Assembly (NCBI GenBank): GCA_012295275.1
Contig: CM022674.1
Span: 1,860,001 to 1,924,000 of the forward strand
Origin: Chrysomallon squamiferum
Taxonomy: Eukaryota; Animalia; Mollusca
Direction of reading: 5' to 3'
DNA length: 64,000 bases
Shown: one piece after another, positions 59,260 to 64,000 of the stretch
How the letters are laid out: each line of letters opens with the position of its first letter
Position numbering within the stretch: the first letter of the stretch is position 1
The notes under the pieces: model-generated
What the model was told of the DNA's origin: nothing
Seen by the model: only the letters and a program-made list of their open reading frames with translations
Database searches by the model: none
Translations under genes and position numbers: made by a program

Positions 59260-59568
59260 CATGTGACTGTTGTTATCAGCACGCGATTCATTCGCTTGTG
59301 TAATCAAATTTTTTTTATACTTTTTTTTTTTTTTTTTTTTTTTAAATAACACCATTAAAACACTGAAGAAATATCTCCGTGACACAAATATGTCAATGAT
59401 AACTCTAGAACAAAAACATGAATAGAAATTATAGTTTAAAAATAAATTTAAAAAAAAGAAGTAAATAGATAAATAAATAACTAACTAAATAAAAAAAAAA
59501 ATAAATAAAGAAAGAAATAAAAAAAAAATATATAATAAAATAAATAAATAAATAAAATATTCCGGAAA

Positions 59569-59603
<35 letters not shown>

Positions 59604-59944
59604 AATATTCCTGAAATAATGAGCTCATTGAAGGTGGGTAGGCTTCGCTGAATATTTCATTTACAACCGAGAATCACAATTTTATTTATTTATTTTATTT
59701 TATTTTATTTTATTTTATTTTATTTTATTTTATTTTATCTCTAACCAGCTTTTCGGATGCCCATAAACACGGATAGGTATTTGTAGATGAAAAGGAAACT
59801 CTGTTCCAGTTCACAAATTTGACAGGCGAAAGTGGGTTTATTCAGGTTTTTTTTTATCTGCACTAGCAATAAAACAAGAAAATCTCAGCAAAGTATCGCG
59901 TATTTTTGGATGTAAACTTAACGATTAATCTTTCTGTTTATATT

Positions 59945-59978
<34 letters not shown>

Positions 59979-60194
59979 ATTTCTTTTTTTTTTTTTTTTT
60001 TTTTTTTTTCAATATATGGATTATTCAAACAAGAATTTTATATCAACGAATACCGAAATAAAATAAAATTATAATTGACAGTTCGCAATAACTTTAGAGC
60101 AGCCATTTTCAAAAACATTGATAGTATGGTAACGGGTAGGCAAAATTTAGCAGAATCGTGTTTTATATAATTGTGTACATTTGTGTGTTTATTT

Positions 60195-60298
<104 letters not shown>

Positions 60299-60391
60299 TT
60301 TCAGATAGTATTACGTGGCTGGCAATTTTAATAACAAAATTGTTTGAACTTTTGACACTGAATATTAACAAATCATTTGATATAAAACATT

Positions 60392-60427
<36 letters not shown>

Positions 60428-60619
60428 AGAGAATGAAACAGAAGAAATTTAAGCGATTTATTCAGTGTGTTAATAAACAAGAGTAAAAAAAAAATGTTAT
60501 TATTATTATTGTTGCTGTTGCTGTTGTTGTTGCTGTTGCTGTTGCTGTTGTTGTTGTTGTTATGCATGTACCATTCTATCTCTTTGAAAGCTTCATTTGT
60601 TTGATTTCTTTGCAGACAA

Positions 60620-61356
60620 TACAGCTCAACGTGTTGCGTGTTAAACTAAACGATGCATAAATTATGATAATATATCATTTCAAAAAGCCAATCAGGAATG
60701 AGTAATCTTTTGTTACGTTCTCATAACACTGTGCAGTAAACTTCACAGTCGTCGCTTCCAGCAACATTCGTATCGTGGTAATCTTGACGTATCTGAACGA
60801 GATGTGAAAACCTCGTCAAAAGAACTGTTGTTGTAAGCGGTGAAAATCATGCGAAATAATTTACAGCGGTGCCCCACAAAAACGTAATTTGAAATCGCGC
60901 GATAGTTAAAGAAACCGAAGGACATTCCAGTCGTATCCTTAAGCTCTTTGGATTGTCTCCTTCACAAATCTTTCCGTTTCGATTGTTTCTCTGTCGCTTG
61001 TTTGAAAAATTACTCTTAATCCGCCATTTAATGTTTTACATGTTAGCACGCCGAAATTTCCTTATAAGCCGACAGTGTCTTTTTTTTTTTACTCTTTTTA
61101 ACTTAACGTCGTCAATCTATGCTTCGGGCATCGGCGATCGAGAATACAAACGAACGACCTTTCTGCCTCGTAGGTGTAACCTTTGATCACAAAAAAAAAA
61201 AAAGAAGACAATTGTAAAGATTTACAGCTTTTTGTTTGCCCTGACAGGATGATGGACATCTTCGGAGGTCGCGTGCACAGCGCGCGGAGGCGGCGAGATC
61301 ACAGCGATAGGCAAGACCGATAACTCAAACCGATAACGAGAGAAAAATATCTTCTT

Positions 61357-61392
<36 letters not shown>

Positions 61393-61600
61393 TTAAAGGA
61401 GCGAATGTGATCTTTTTACGAACTCGCGAATTTCAAGAGGTGATTCAGCCAGTTGAAGAGAGTTTGATGATTTTTTTTCGTTATTCGTTCGTTCTTCGAG
61501 ATTAGTCATATTTTGAATTCCTTAGAGAGAATGCACGCTGCTTTTTAACCACCATTTTTGATCGCCATTTTAATAAACATGTATTAAACAGGTGTTAACG
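60620..61600. promoter_or_regulatory. CpG-rich promoter/5'UTR-like island with no assignable CDS
   Basis: Dense CpG, AGCCAATCAG at about 60687, YY1-like CGCCATTT at about 61022 and 61563, and a GC-rich stretch at 61260-61320. Confidence 0.4.
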
Positions 61601-61934
61601 AAAATTTCATTTCACTCATTTTGATACAGTTTAACTGAATAAAAAAATTGTCCAGACTAACATATTTGAAAACATATTTTATATATAAACAAGCAGAAAA
61701 TGTTCCGGTTAAGATGCTGCTGCTGCTGCTGCTGATGATGATGATGATGGTGATGATAACATTTGTTTGGCTGATTTCAAAGATGGGTAATGAACAAGTA
61801 CGTACTAAACATGAATTTATTAAAATTTATTATTTTTATTATAATTATGAAATGCCGTGGACCACTCTTGACTAGCAAGTAATAGCAAAATAAATGCAGT
61901 AACAATAATAAAAGAAACAGAAGTGGTCGTGGTT

Positions 61935-61970
<36 letters not shown>

Positions 61971-63749
61971 ATAGTAGTAGTAGAAGTAGTAGTAAGATCT
62001 ATATTAATAATAATAATATTATTATTGTAGTAGTAGTAGTTGTTGTTGTTATTACTATTATTATTAGTAATTGTATTAGCAGTAGTAGTAGTAGCAGTAG
62101 TTGTAGCAGTAGTAGTAGTAGTAGAAGTAGTAGTGTAGTGGTGGTGGTGGTAGTGGTAGTAGTAGTAGTGAATTAAACCATGATTATGGCTGTCATTTTA
62201 TTTATTTTACTGTTTCAGATATTATTAAATCCAACGAATAGATATAATCAAAATATAAAACTATATGACTTTAAAGATAGGTTTAACAACAACAACAACA
62301 ACAACAATAATAATAATAATGACGAAGAACAAGAATAATAACAGAAAAGGAAGAATAACTCCCATAATAAATAAATTTAAAAAAAAAAAAAAAAATAAAA
62401 AAGGGTGGGGTGGCAATAAAAGCAAAGATGACGCAACAACTTTAACTTTAATGGGGGGATCTTTGAGATTTTAAAGTTTGTTTTTCGTTTCCAGACACGG
62501 TTCTTATTGTCAATTTACCTGTCCCAACTTTAATCTAAATTAACGATCAACATTTACTCAGTCTCTAGGCCGTCATAAATGTCACATTGTGTGTTTATAA
62601 CTTTGGAGTGGCCCTGTCCATAGCGTAACGTCAACGACTGGTCACCAACGTGCACTTACCATCGCTGATTATCATTAGCGTTATTGGCGTAATTAGTGTC
62701 AAACACCAGTTTTATTGGTGTTTCATAGACTGGAAAGTAGGAAAATGTCTCGGAGAATTTTCCGCAGTAGTAATTTCCTGTGTTCACGTTTTTGTGGTGT
62801 AGTTACAGTCATTTAAAGCCAGACAGGCTTGTTACAGTGTCAGACACCTTGTAAACAGTTTATTCTGTCAATTATTCGTTCGTGAAATGACTGTATTTAT
62901 TTATTTTTTTGAACAAAAGCGACAACCGCTTGGGTTCCCTCCCTTTCACTTTCCCTTAGATTTCGTTCATTTCTCGTTATGGTACGTCTGCCTGTGAAAA
63001 TTATTACAAGCAGTCCTAGTTCAGAATTATAAATATCAAAATTGTGTTGCAGTTTAGCTTTTTTTTTAAACTGATATACTTCACCGTTACTGTTGCTAAC
63101 GGTTTCCATTCCATTAACAGTTATGTTTACATACTCATTTACGCTAAGCAAATCAAACGAAACAGTTTGTTACGGAAAAATAACAAAACAAAACAATTAC
63201 TTAACGTCATCAGTTGTGATGACGTCGTCAAGTCATCCCGACCATTATGACGTCATAATACAAGGGCATAAACACCCAAACCAAACTGATGATAAAAAAA
63301 TAACGGGCCTGTTTTGTTTCTTAAAACTCATAAATTAATTACCACAAACAATTCGTTCTCGCGGTAACAAACAATGTATGGCCAAAAATATTTACCTAAT
63401 ATTCACACCTCGTTCATTTCCCGGTTTCTGATAAACACTGCACGTGTATTACGTAAGCTTTTCGTTATAGATCGGCAAATAAATAATTATGCGTTAGTTA
63501 TGCAATGTTTTGTAAGATGGATTACACTCTCGGACTTTTTGTAATATAGTTAACACGTTTTCACTGATAATATGGTTTCTACTCTTCTGGTTTTTATGAT
63601 TAAAGAATAACACCCCCGCACCGACAGGTAATATTTTAATATTTAATCAGTATACCTTTCTTATCGTAACTCTTTCGATTGTCGTTGGTCTTAATAATTA
63701 AATATGTTTTCAAACTTCTTGTTTTAAAAAAAGTAATTCAATAAATAAA

Positions 63750-63800
<51 letters not shown>

Positions 63801-63830
63801 TATTATTATTATTATTATATTATATTATAA

Positions 63831-63926
<96 letters not shown>

Positions 63927-64000
63927 CCTGCTTCGACTTTATTTGTGATAGACAGTTTATAATGTTATATCCTTTTATCAAATATTGCCCCAATGAAATT

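Noticed and set aside
60743-60925. 60-aa minus-strand ORF
   Set aside because: No recognisable motif and no linked exons.

Overview
AT-rich, microsatellite-dense animal genomic DNA. An invertebrate, possibly a mollusc, is inferred from composition and gene style only. Three intron-containing genes can be rebuilt by hand from GT-AG sites with consistent phases. (1) A C2-less copine/vWA-domain gene with an N-terminal transmembrane anchor on the minus strand; 4 coding exons are visible and it runs off the left edge. (2) A complete 27-exon NEURL4 orthologue on the minus strand (21846-44727, about 1456 aa, six NHR domains plus a C-terminal ADP-ribosyltransferase-like domain). (3) A complete 7-exon ING5/ING4-type PHD gene on the plus strand (44929-49291, 240 aa), head-to-head with NEURL4 and only 201 bp between start codons. 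Mobile DNA includes an internally deleted hAT (Charlie/Buster-type) element with perfect TIRs and an 8-bp TSD, a TTAA-flanked piggyBac-like MITE, an intronic fold-back and a (CT)n-tailed dispersed repeat. The most unusual signal is that three different NEURL4 exon/intron junctions have each been amplified into tandem arrays that copy the 5' splice site 4-11 times. In the largest array each unit resembles a complete mini-intron (GT...TACTAAC...CAG). A candidate in-frame 69-nt cassette exon also lies in the longest NEURL4 intron. No tRNA, rRNA or CRISPR features were found.
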